A stretch of DNA of 64,000 bases, from assembly GCA_028023455.1 (NCBI GenBank), contig JAQFVV010000009.1:7068001-7132000 (forward strand). The letters run 5' to 3'. Shown piece by piece: positions 13,727 through 24,417 of the stretch. The stretch is from Epiperipatus broadwayi (lineage: Eukaryota; Animalia; Onychophora). Positions within the stretch are counted from its first letter, which is position 1, and every line of letters starts with the position of its first letter. The translations under genes and the position numbers were made by a program. The notes beneath the pieces were generated by a model. That model did not search any database. It worked only from the letters and a program-made list of their open reading frames with translations, and was not told the DNA's origin.

Positions 13727-13898
13727 TATGTGTTGCCAGAAGCACACACTCATTAATCTTAAATCTTTTAAAATCTTGAGTTTCTATGTGCAGCCAGAAG
13801 CACACACTCATTAATCTTAAATCTTTTAAAATCTTGAGTTTCTATGTGCAGCCAGAAGCACACACTCATTAATCTTAAATCTTTTAAAATCTTGAGTT
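13727..13898. repeat. Three near-identical tandem copies of a 58-bp unit
   Basis: gccagaagcacacactcattaatcttaaatcttttaaaatcttgagtt starts at 13735, 13793 and 13851. Confidence 0.95.
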
Positions 13899-14884
13899 GG
13901 CAGTTTTGTTTCTTATAATTTCAAGTGTTGATTACGACAGCAAACTTGTGTCTGTTTTGAAATGTATGTTTTATATTTAATATTAAATACGCTTAACGTA
14001 TATAGTGAAATTAATATTCAACGATTATATTAATATTTCTTAAGGCTAAGCGCTTTGACTATAATTTAATTACTCAAAATGGCAGGAATGATTCAAAATA
14101 CAAGCAAAAAATATTTGATAAATATAGTGTGGTTCAAGATAATTGGAAAGAAAAATATTTTGTTGTGCAAAATAAATACAATTTTATCATGAAAGTGTTA
14201 CATTAAAAATATATAACTTTGTTCAACTATTATATCAAGAAATACAAATCATTTAAGAATTCTTTTCCTCACAGTACTTTTATAAAATCTGAAAATGAAC
14301 AGTAATTATAGCAACATTTTTTTTGCATACTTTGATGCGATGGCTAAGTAGAGTAAAAGTTCTAGATTGATATTTTTTTTGTAGCAAGAAATTATGTTAT
14401 TTTTACAAGGGAAAACAAAGTTTACAGAGAACTTGAAAATAATGGCTGGTAATATCTTTTAGCCTTTCTGGGTGACATCACAGAAAAAGTTCATGACCTC
14501 AGTCATTGTTTATAGGTTGAAAATTGAGATAATTTTATAAATGGTGATTAAAGTAATTGCTTTTGAAGAGTGCATTGTATGCACACACATTCATGCACTA
14601 AAAAGTAAATGTGGAAAATGAGTTGTTAATCTAATTAATGTAAAACAGTAATTAATTAGGAATGTAAATAAGAAATTAAGCATCTATTATAAGGAAATAG
14701 AAAACCAAATATTGCATAATTTTTCAACTGCTTTATCCAGATTAAAAATACCTATATATATGAATTGTATACAAAATAGTCATTGCTAAATAGTGAGATT
14801 TTATGTTAAATAAATTATATTAATTAGTTTTATAAATGATTAAGCTCTGAGTACTTTGTCTAAATAAAGTCTCTATTTAGCATT

Positions 14885-15530
14885 GACTATTTTCTTTTTC
14901 GCATGTATGTGATCATGTGTGTCAGTTGTTTTAGAGGGAGTGGAGGGTGATATACTGAAACATTCAGTACACTGAATGAATAAGTTAATTGCATATGGGA
15001 GTGGAGGGTGATATACTGAAACATTCAGTACACTGAATGAATAAGTTAATTGCATATTCCCTTGGAAATAGGTTACATCTGTAAGTTGATCTCATCCCTC
15101 TTCTATTAATGTATGGACACGTAATTGTCTGATAATATGAATTAACGTAATATCTAAATGAGTATGACTATTATATGAAATCCAACAAGGATTTTGAGTT
15201 TTCCATCGTTGATTTTTCAATGAAATGGATGGTTGAATAGTTGGAAGGGTGAGAAGATTGAAGCCTGCCCATTAAAGTTTGAAGAATTACTATTTTAATA
15301 TAAGCCAGCACTGATTAGGTGTGGGAGATTATGATCTGGTCCAACTAATGAGTGCTGGTTCTGCATGAATTACCTATATTGGGGATCATCTATCTTTTTA
15401 GCATATATGTGCTCATGGGTGTCAGTTGTTTGACTTGGAGTGGAGAATGATAGACAGAAAAATCCTAAGTTCAAATTCCTCTATTTACTTATAAAGAAAA
15501 CATTCAGGACACTGAATGAATAGGTTAATT
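14885..15530 (+). mobile_element. R2 hammerhead-repeat copy (about 1.3 monomers)
   Basis: Homologous to 17451-18560; contains a 61-bp tandem duplication (14936-15057) and a mutated hammerhead. Confidence 0.85.
15333..15388 (+). ncRNA. Type I hammerhead, core mutated (CTAATGA, GAAT)
   Basis: gatct-ggt-CCAA-CTAATGA-GTGCTGGTTCTGCAT-GAAT-TACCTAT-A-TTGG-ggatc; probably inactive. Confidence 0.75.
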
Positions 15531-16775
15531 ATATATATGTATAGATATTTTGAACACATACATACATCAACCATAATAAAAGCTAATGAAGGTGGTTTTG
15601 ACATTTCTTCAGAAAACTATGTGATCATTTCAATTTATGTAGTTGCATTATGCAAGAGATTTAAGAGCAGATTTCAGGATTAAAAAAAAAAATTAGAATT
15701 GTCTGTCGCTTATAGAAAATTCCTAGTATTTAGTAATAGCAATCATTATATAACTAGTAGCATTGGGATATGGTTATGCAAAGCTGTTTGACAAATTCAT
15801 AAAGATACAAATCTTTTTTTTTTAAAAAAAGAGACAATAAGTATGCTGAATTTTGGAAATTAGCACCTGAAAAATACAAGGTTGTACAAGAGTGTACCCA
15901 AATGCACCCAAATGCTGCTCATATTGTTTTGTTTGCATCAACCTGTTTTTGTGAATCATCCTATTCTAAAATGAAATAAAGATATGAAGAGCATATTAAA
16001 AGTAGCATGTAGGAATTTATAAATAATCAACTGTTTGTCTCAATATCAAAAACACAGTAATTTCTAAATAAATTTGGACATACTTAGATTTATTTTTTTG
16101 CATTATCATATGAGGTATAATATACTTTGTTGTGGTCGCATAACATAGAAAACATTTAAGTGGCCTGAGGAAAAAAGATTGAGTATTGATGATTGAAGTA
16201 ATCTTCAATTATTTTAAACCTGTTGCTTTCTATTTTATTCTATAAAAGTATTTCATGTAAATTGCTCTAAAAAGTTAGAAAAGATTAAAACATCATACAT
16301 TACTGTTAATATTTTTAGTGACTCTATAAGACCATTTTGATAAATATTTTTCCAAATTTTGAATATATCATGGCTTTATGTTATTTTGCACTCATGGTTT
16401 AGTGCATCACAAATACCCTAAAATCAAATGCCTTTTCACTATCTATAAACCCTTTGTAAAATGACTATACATATTAGACAGTCATTTCTGTAACTTTACA
16501 TAAAACTTGAATGATAACTGCTTTTAAAACAGAATTTTCATTTGTTGGCTTGGGTTTAAAAGTCTTTATAGACTTTATTTAGAACTGATAGAAGAAGACT
16601 GTTTTCTTCTTCATCTCTCTTAAATATCAATATTGTATTTTTTCAGTCATTTGTCTATTTTTTAATTATTTAGACATTTAGGGAGTATTTGAACATAGAC
16701 TTTTAAGCTCCCTTCAGCTATCTCCTCCATGTTATATAACTGGAACATATGTTCACACACATGTGCAAAAGATAA

Positions 16776-16835
16776 ATGATCTCAAATATACATATTTCAT
16801 GCTGAACTAGATCTCATCAGTTGGTACAAATCATC
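16776..16835 (-). ncRNA. Type I hammerhead, core intact but stems I and II eroded
   Basis: Minus strand: CCAA-CTGATGA-GATCTAGTTCAGCAT-GAAA-TATGTAT-A-TTTG-agatcat. Confidence 0.7.
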
Positions 16836-17665
16836 ATTTCCCACACTATATAATCAGTGCTTAGTGTATATTAAGATAGCAAATCTTTAAATTTTCCTGT
16901 ACATGCTTCAGTCTTCTTCACTCTCCAACTTTTCAGCCATCTATATTAATGAAAATCTGATGATGGAATGCTCAAAGCTCTTGTTGATGTCAATATTATA
17001 CTCATCTCTATGTTGACTTTGTCACTCTGACCCTTCATATGTAGGACCATTAATATGCCTATTTAAATACATAGAAGGTGGATGTGTAGAATCCAGACTG
17101 CAAGTATAATTATATAGTGAACTTTAGATGTAATTAGAGGGGATTTGAACAAAGATTTTCCAAGTTCCCTTCAACCATCCACTACATCTTATATAACCAA
17201 CACACATGACCATATACATGTGAAAAAGATAAATGATCTCCAATGCTCAGTTTATATTAAGATAGCAAATCTTCAAGCTTTTATGGACAGGCTTCAATCC
17301 TCTCCACTCTTCAGCTATCCATATTGAAAATCTAATAGTGAAATGTTCAAAACCTTTGTTTATGCTACTATTATGGTTATACCCATGTTGACTTAAGTCA
17401 CTGATCCCTCATATATAGGTTCTTAATATGTCCATTTAAATACACAGAAGAGGTCCTACATATGAGGGATCAGAGTGACTTAAAGTCAACATGGGGTTGA
17501 CAACAATTTTGGCTTCAACAAGGGCTTTGAACATTCCATAATCAGATTTCAATAATATGGATGGCCGAAGAGCTGGATAGTGATGAAGATAGAAGCTGGT
17601 CCATTAATTTTGAAGAATTGCTATCTTAATATAAACTGCGCACTGATTATATATATATATCGGAG

Positions 17666-17725
17666 ATGATCTGAACTAACTGATGAGTGTTGGTTCAGCA
17701 TGAAATATGTATATTGGAAGATCAT
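17666..17725 (+). ncRNA. Type I hammerhead ribozyme, core intact; predicted cut after 17713
   Basis: atgatct-gaa-CTAA-CTGATGA(17680-17686)-GTGTTG-GTT-CAGCAT-GAAA-TATGTAT-A/TTGG-a-agatcat. Stems I-III all pair; pair 10.1-11.1 is G-U. Confidence 0.85.
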
Positions 17726-17929
17726 TTATCTTTTTCACTTGTATGTGGTCATGTGTGTCGGTTATATAAGATGGAGTGGATAGCTAAAGAGAGTCTGAAA
17801 ATCTGTGTTCAAATCCCAATTACATCTAAAGTTCAATATATACATTATACTGTATTCAATTATTACAAATTCAGCCTGAATTCTGCCCATCCTTCTGAGC
17901 ACTGATTATATATATGTGTGAGGGCGATG

Positions 17930-17988
17930 ATGATCTGGACCAACTGATGAGTGCTGGTTCAGAACGAAATACGTATATTGGAGATTAT
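17930..17988 (+). ncRNA. Type I hammerhead ribozyme, best-preserved copy; predicted cut after 17977
   Basis: atgatct-gga-CCAA-CTGATGA(17944-17950)-GTGCTG-GTT-CAGAAC-GAAA-TACGTAT-A/TTGG-agattat. 4+7-bp stem I with 3-nt bulge, 5/6-bp stem II with G10.1-C11.1, palindromic ATACGTAT stem-loop III, AUA triplet. Confidence 0.9.
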
Positions 17989-18382
17989 TTATCTTTTTCA
18001 TATGCATGTGATCATGTGTGTTGATCATATAAGATGGAATGGATAACTAAAGAGAGCTTGAAAGTCTATATCTAAAGTTCAGTATATACATTATACTTGT
18101 GTTTAAATATTACCAATTCAGCCTAAATTCTGCTAATTCCTCCTATTTGTATTTAAATGAATATATTAAGGTCCTACATACATAGGGGTCAGAGTGACTT
18201 AAAGTCAACATGGGTATGACAACAATATTGGCTTCAACTAGAGCTTTGAGCATTCTATCATTAGATTTCTCAATAGTATGGATGGCCACAGAATTGGAGA
18301 AGATTGAAGCCTGCATTAAAGTTTGAAGATTTGCTATCTTAATATAAACTGAGTATTGAATATATATGTGTGTGGGATATGA

Positions 18383-18437
18383 GGATCCGGACCAACTGAT
18401 GGGTGCTGGTCAGTACGAAATACATATATTGAAGATC
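18383..18437 (+). ncRNA. Type I hammerhead, A9 mutated (CTGATGG)
   Basis: ggatcc-gga-CCAA-CTGATGG-GTGCTGGTCAGTAC-GAAA-TACATAT-A-TTGA-agatct. Confidence 0.75.
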
Positions 18438-19744
18438 TTTTTCACATATATGTCGGTTATATAAGATGGAATGGATAGCTGAAGGGTGAACTTGAAAGTC
18501 TGTGTTCAAATTCCCTCTAATTACATCTAAAGTTCAGTATATACATTATACTTTTATTCAAATATTTAGATGCGCGTAATTTCAATCCTTTTTAAAAAAA
18601 ATATTGATTTTAAAATATCTATAAAGATTCACTTGCTTCTAGTAGCTTCTTCATTTTTCATTTATTTGTGTCTTAAAAACATGATGTCATATAATGATGA
18701 GATGGACTATTTTTTTTTTTTTCCATTTTTTATCACTATATAATTTTTTCACACATTTTATATCGATCCTGCTTTTTAATAGTATTTTCTTTTTGTTATA
18801 ATAATTGTTCATTCTATATCAAGATATATATTTTTTTGTTTTGAGACATTTTCTTTTATAGTTTTCTTCGTCATTTCACACTCACACATCTTTAGTATTA
18901 TCATTAATATTATCTGCATTATTTTATAGAATTCCAGATATTCAATTTAATTGACTGATTTAATAAAAAAATTTAGATATATATTGTCTTCTTTGCAGAA
19001 AATTTATCAATTAAATTGCTTTTTTGTTCCTATCTTATGAGTGTGTTCTCAGTTGCTTTATTATTTTATATATATTATTAAATTCTGAGCAATTTACAGT
19101 TTGTTGTTATGTTAAGACAATTTTTTAACTTCTTGTTTAAAGTCATTGCAGCATCTTTGATATTGTCTTTTGTATTATTAGCTCTTATTTGCTTAGCTTT
19201 GCATTTCCCTAGATCTTACTTTTCTTATGTTGAGTATATAAAGCATAGTATGTATTTTTACAAGTCATAATTTAATTCAACTCTAATACATCTTTATTTG
19301 GAGTCTTCCATTCTCTTGTTTATGATTTTTTTTTTTTCAATATTTTTTTTTTTGCAAAGTTCACAAAGGTGTTCTCTCTATATTTAAATTTTTCACAACA
19401 TTTTCATCTTAATTTTAATTTTCCATACTTTTAAAATGTTAAATCTGTTCAAAAACAATTTCTATTTTGCTCAGAATGAGTATTTATTGAGATAAAAAGT
19501 TGAAATATATGTGCTTATTTCATGTTCTTCATTTATATGAATAACATTAATCCAGCTTTCTTAATTTTTTATCCTTTACTAACTTTTCAGATTAAGAATA
19601 TGCATTTAATTTTTCCTCTTACTTTCCAGTGTATTTTCAACATTGTACTAATAGCAAAAATTCACTATATTTACCCAAAGCTATATATATATATATATGT
19701 AAAGAAATAAAAATAGAGATTACTAATTTTATTTTTGATGATAA

Positions 19745-20400
19745 TGTAAATTGGCTTTGCAAATAATATTTAGAACTTAACAAATATTGAAGAGCTATGA
19801 TATAAAAGCAGTAAAATAGATCTGAAGATAAATATTGAAAAAATTAAAGTAATATTTAATATTTTTTTAAAAGAGTAAAATTAAGATTGTCATCAACTAT
19901 TAATATCGTCAAATTGTTAATTCAGGAGGAACACAATAAAAATTTATTTTGCATAATTAATATTGGATGAAGTTCTGTTAATTGCAATAATATATATTCA
20001 AAGAAAATAGGCCTAAAAATAAATGAATGTATTCTACCAGTATTTATTTATGAGACATTGAATAGAAGACTAATGCTGAGATTTTAGATTATACATAAAG
20101 AATGCAGAGATGAATGGCAAGATTAGCAAGGAGTATTTGAAAGACAACTACATGAATGAGAGAACAAATCATATATTAGGTAAGATCATTGAAAGAATTG
20201 AGACTGATTTCTAATTTTAGGCATATTGCTAGAAGAGTGGCAATAAATGGAAAATAAAATCCTGAATTGGATATTAATAAATTATAAGAGATCATATACG
20301 AGATGAACAAATGAATTAAGGAAGTTTCTTGGAATGAAGTAGAGAATAAAAGTTGTACTTAAAGAAATCTTCATTCCGCAATGGTTTGATAATGGTTGAA
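19745..20400 (+). mobile_element. RTE-clade LINE 3' remnant
   Basis: Fragments DLKINIEKIK, CILPVFIY, GHIARR-like, NWIL and a terminal FIPQWF match RTE/BovB-type C-terminal motifs. Confidence 0.65.
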
Positions 20401-21062
20401 AATATTGATGACATTTGCAGATTCTTGGTATTAAAACTTTAAGAAATTATTTTTTATACCTCAAAGTTATTTGCACTAAATAATGTAATATATTAAGCCA
20501 CAATTGTTTATAAAGTTTGTGAAATGCTTTTAACAGTGATATTTTATCCAGAAAATTATAAAACAGTAACATTAGTGTTATAGTAAACATCATATTGTAT
20601 GTTATTTTTAGCATTGTAGTGATTTCTCATTACAGAAGTATGAGGAATAAGATTTTTATTACTGTAAATTTGTAACATATTTTGTACTGTCATAAAATAT
20701 ATCATAAATAAGCCACATACAACAAGCGTAAATTAAAAAAAAAACAAAAAAACGAAAAAGATAAAAATATATATATTGAATTTAAATGTTTGTAATCTTT
20801 GTTGTTGATAAATAATTATTGAAAAAATGTCTTTAATTCATGGTTATAGTTAAATTTCAATAATTTTTATTAATTTATAATTTAAATGCATATTTTCAAT
20901 CAATATAATTTCTTAAGTACACTTTTGAATCTCTTGTTAAATAAATTTATCTATTTTATTAATTTAGTTAATGCAACTTTTGATTTAACTGATTTCGTCT
21001 TTTTAATAAAATTATTATTTTTTTTTAATTAAATAAATTTTTATAAATTTTATACATTTCAG

Positions 21063-21099
21063 AATTATTCCAAGGCAATTCTGGTAATCAAAAACCAAG
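21063..21099 (+). CDS. 37-nt penultimate exon of unidentified + strand gene ((E)LFQGNSGNQKP(S))
   Basis: tacatttcag acceptor, AAG|gtgagc donor. Phase-2 end splices in frame to the exon at 27076. Confidence 0.6.
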
Positions 21100-22581
21100 G
21101 TGAGCAACTTTCTTTAATATGTATTAAATCTCATTTCATATTGTTGTGACTTAAAGAAAATTAAACGTTAGTAGAAAATAAATAATTAAATAAATGATGT
21201 ATACACATCAGTTCATAGTTGCAATTGGCATATTCATGTTCTTTCAACATTTAAGTTGAATTAGTGTTATGAATTATAAATAATATAGTAATTAGCATAA
21301 CATTAAATATATAAATGTCTTTATTTACAGTATTTAAAAACTTTCATTGAAAAGGCAGCAATTTACATTTAAAGCAACTATTACATTTAACTTACTTTAT
21401 TAAATAAAAAAATAAAAAACTTACACCTGTATACAGATTACTTTTAATGTTAATAATTTAGCAGACTATTAATGAAATTATTAAAAAATGACCTTTTAAT
21501 TACTTTTGCTCCAGTAAAGTGGACCATTTGATAATTAAATTTAGATTTAAGTAATTCTAAAAATATTTTTTATTAGTCATGTAATAATTTAGAATATAAT
21601 ATAGATTTTTAAAATCAAAGTCAAGAATGCTATTCTATTTCATTTAAACTTTTTTTAAAAAAGATGAAACTAAAGTGATTATGTAATTGATCATTAGCAA
21701 TTATATTTTTGGCCATCTTGTAAATAGATTGATCAGAAAATAGGGAATAAGAAATATTAAAATATTTGCCAATGCTGAATCTATTTTTAAAAAAATATGA
21801 TTAGATTAACTCCAAAATGATCACATGAAAGACATTTTACTCGTTCATTCTTAATATTTTCAGTATAATGTATTAAAAAAAATTATGATTGCTTTCAACA
21901 TTGCAATTTGAAATTATATTTTTTGTTGACTTGACATGATCCACTGTTACTATTATCATTCTTTAACAATGTTGCCCAATTTAAATAAAGATTTAAAAAA
22001 AAAATTATAACATTTTTGTTAAAGGAAGTAAGATGGAACTTTATATTTCATTAAAAGATAAGTAATATAATCAGTACATGAAAAAGATCATACTGATCTA
22101 TGATACTCTAAGTATGCCAAACCTATTTCTTTATGAACTTTGCTTCTTTCTATTACTAATTATAATTATAGTTAAAAATCACAAATCAAACTTAACATTT
22201 TTACTATGAGCTTGTTTTATATTTTGAAATATTTCAGCTATATCTACTATCATTACCAGTTTATTAATTATTTATTAATAATACATTTCCTTTCCTGCCC
22301 TCTTTTGACTCACATTTAATAATTTAAAAATGTTAATTCCAAACCTATTAATTTAAAGCTTCAAATTGTAGATAATGTGGTTGTGTTGAGATGATACAGA
22401 AAGTTAAATATTTTATTAAAAATAATGCATCGGAGAATTGAATTTTATATATTATTGAGTTGAACTACTGAATATTTCAATTTGTACCTATTATTTGACC
22501 AAAAAGATAATGTATTATTTGTTTATATGATAAATTATTTCAAAATTTTGTTTTTTCATCATTCTTATTAGCATTATTAAT

Positions 22582-22914
22582 CAATTCAAAACAAAGCAAA
22601 ACTCTCCATATAGTAGTGCCATCTCGTGCTAGCAAGAGCAATCAATGGATGCCAGAAAGCTTGTGCATAAAATCCCTATCTAGTGCCTACTCATCCAATA
22701 TCCCCAGACTAGTTTCTGGCTTGTGGCCTTCATCAGTGAGGAGCCTTGGATCTGAGAGCACTGCACCTAGATCTTAGGATCTAATGCAACCCTCCAGCAC
22801 CCACCTTTTAACTCTATTTAACTACAAAACTATGAGAATGAAATTGAAAACACAATATTTTCAATCCAAGCTCAATAGCTAGTATGAGATAGTGATCATG
22901 TGATGTTTAGTGGT
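22582..22914 (-). mobile_element. R1 repeat copy with 14-bp TSD
   Basis: ttagcattattaat at 22568-22581 and 22915-22928; homologous to 9390-9489, 44240-44370 and 45370-45460. Confidence 0.85.
22701..22742 (-). ncRNA. Minimal type I (Penelope-type) hammerhead; predicted cut after 22707 on the - strand
   Basis: Minus strand: TCCTCA-CTGATGA-A-GGC-CACAA-GCC-A-GAAA-CTAG-TC/TGGGGA. 6-bp stem I, 3-bp stem II, palindromic ACTAGT, GUC triplet; A.A mismatch at the base of stem II. Confidence 0.75.
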
Positions 22915-24417
22915 TTAGCATTATTAATATTATTTTTTAGTCAGTTTTCTTTTATTAACCATGTTTTTCATAGATTATGTTTTAGGAATAGAACATATAA
23001 GACAATAATACTAAGTTTAAAAAGAAGATAATATAAACTCATTTTTGCATACAATTACTTTTTTGTGAAAGTTAATAATTTATTTTGCTCTTTGGACTTC
23101 CATACAAATTATGAGATAATTCATAGTTTTTATTTAGGGAAAATAATGAATTTGGACAAATAAATTGTAAATAATGAAATATGTTTAGATTAGATGATGA
23201 TTCTTTAGGTAAAGTTTATTTAATGTCTTGAACATAGACTGTATTCCTTGTGTCTGCAAATAGCTAAACATTTAATAAAGAATGAAATTCTTTTAAAACA
23301 ATATCTGTTTTGATATGACAGTGCATAATGGTAAATTTTCTGAAAAATTTGAAAGTTATTGAATATTTTTATTATTTTTTTTAAATTTATATTTAAAAGA
23401 AACAACAATATAATCATATTTGTTTGTAATCATCATGTTTTCATGATAATTATTAATATTAATGAGTATAATTTTTGTACAAAATAGTGAGAGTATCCTA
23501 TTTTTCATTCCAGCTTGCATTAATTGCAACGAATGAAATATGTCAGATTGTGAAGATCAGTTTTTGTCTTAGTAGCCTTTTGATTGAAGGCATAGAATTT
23601 GCAATCAATGAGTAGGAAATAAGAATTCATTCAGACTATGATGGAGATATGGGATTTGTGTTGTCACTCATTGGCAATCTTTTATCTTGTTACTTAAGAC
23701 CAGTGCTTTAAAATTCAAGCATACTTGTTTTGAATTTATTTATCAGTTTGTTTATGTAGATTTCATGCTAAATCAATTATATTTTAACGATATCAGTCTT
23801 AAGTTAAAACACTTTTGGTAAAAAATTAAAATCTTAAGACTGTTTGAATGTTTAAACCATTGGGTTTGAATAACAAGATGAGTTAATGGTTGATCATTGA
23901 GAAGAGTACATTAAAAAGTTAGAAATTATTTGTGGGAGTCTAATATACATTGCTGACATTATGCTTTTGGTATTAGAAGAGATTTAACTAATATTGAATT
24001 TTGTCTAAATTTTTATATGCCTAGATAGTAATCTAATTATTTCATTTTTTTTTTTTTTTATGAGCTCTTTTTTCACCAATTGTTAGAATATTTTTTACAT
24101 AATATATAAAATGTAAAAGATCAAAATAAAATTAGCAAACTATATGTATAAATTTATTCTTTTTATTTTTGCATAAACGAATATATATGTAATAGAATAA
24201 TTTATCAAAAAGTTACTATTATTTCCACTTGATTTTTATAATGTTCAAAATGAAGATAAATGCATTTTTATTAAGTCGTTGAAATGTTAAAAAATACCTA
24301 TGAACATAATATTTTTACAGATTATCTCTTTTTTTAAAAAAAAAAATATTAATTTGAATATTAAAACAGTATCATAAATTATTATCTTCAATATTTTTAT
24401 AATTCTAATGTTAAAAC

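Larger units (their letters stand above)
13910..16060 (+). mobile_element. Decayed hAT (SPIN/Charlie-like) transposase, interrupted by an R2 copy
   Basis: MRWLSRVKVL (~14338), LAFLGDITEKVHDL (~14458) and LFASTCFCESSYSKMK (~15930) match hAT motifs VRWLSRG, DLAFLxDIT and the dimerization motif FxSTYxCExxFS. Confidence 0.7.
16687..18560. mobile_element. R2 array: inverted block (16687-17450, -) joined to tandem block (17451-18560, +)
   Basis: gtcagagtgacttaaagtcaacatgg-type and hammerhead segments recur. The left block is the reverse complement of the right block, with the turn near 17435-17451. Confidence 0.9.

Noticed and set aside
13727-13898. CRISPR-like array
   Set aside because: Units are contiguous with no unique spacers, and the context is a spliced animal genome.
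16955-17000. Second, opposite-polarity hammerhead in R2 (CTGAYGA-TGGAATGCTC-RAAG)
   Set aside because: The CTGAYGA heptamer recurs in several copies, but GAAA, stem II and a stem I/NUH partner do not form consistently. Worth rechecking on a genome-wide consensus.
16667-18570. 8-bp TSD (tatttaga) around the large R2 array
   Set aside because: Too short and AT-rich to distinguish from chance, and the element ends are imprecise.
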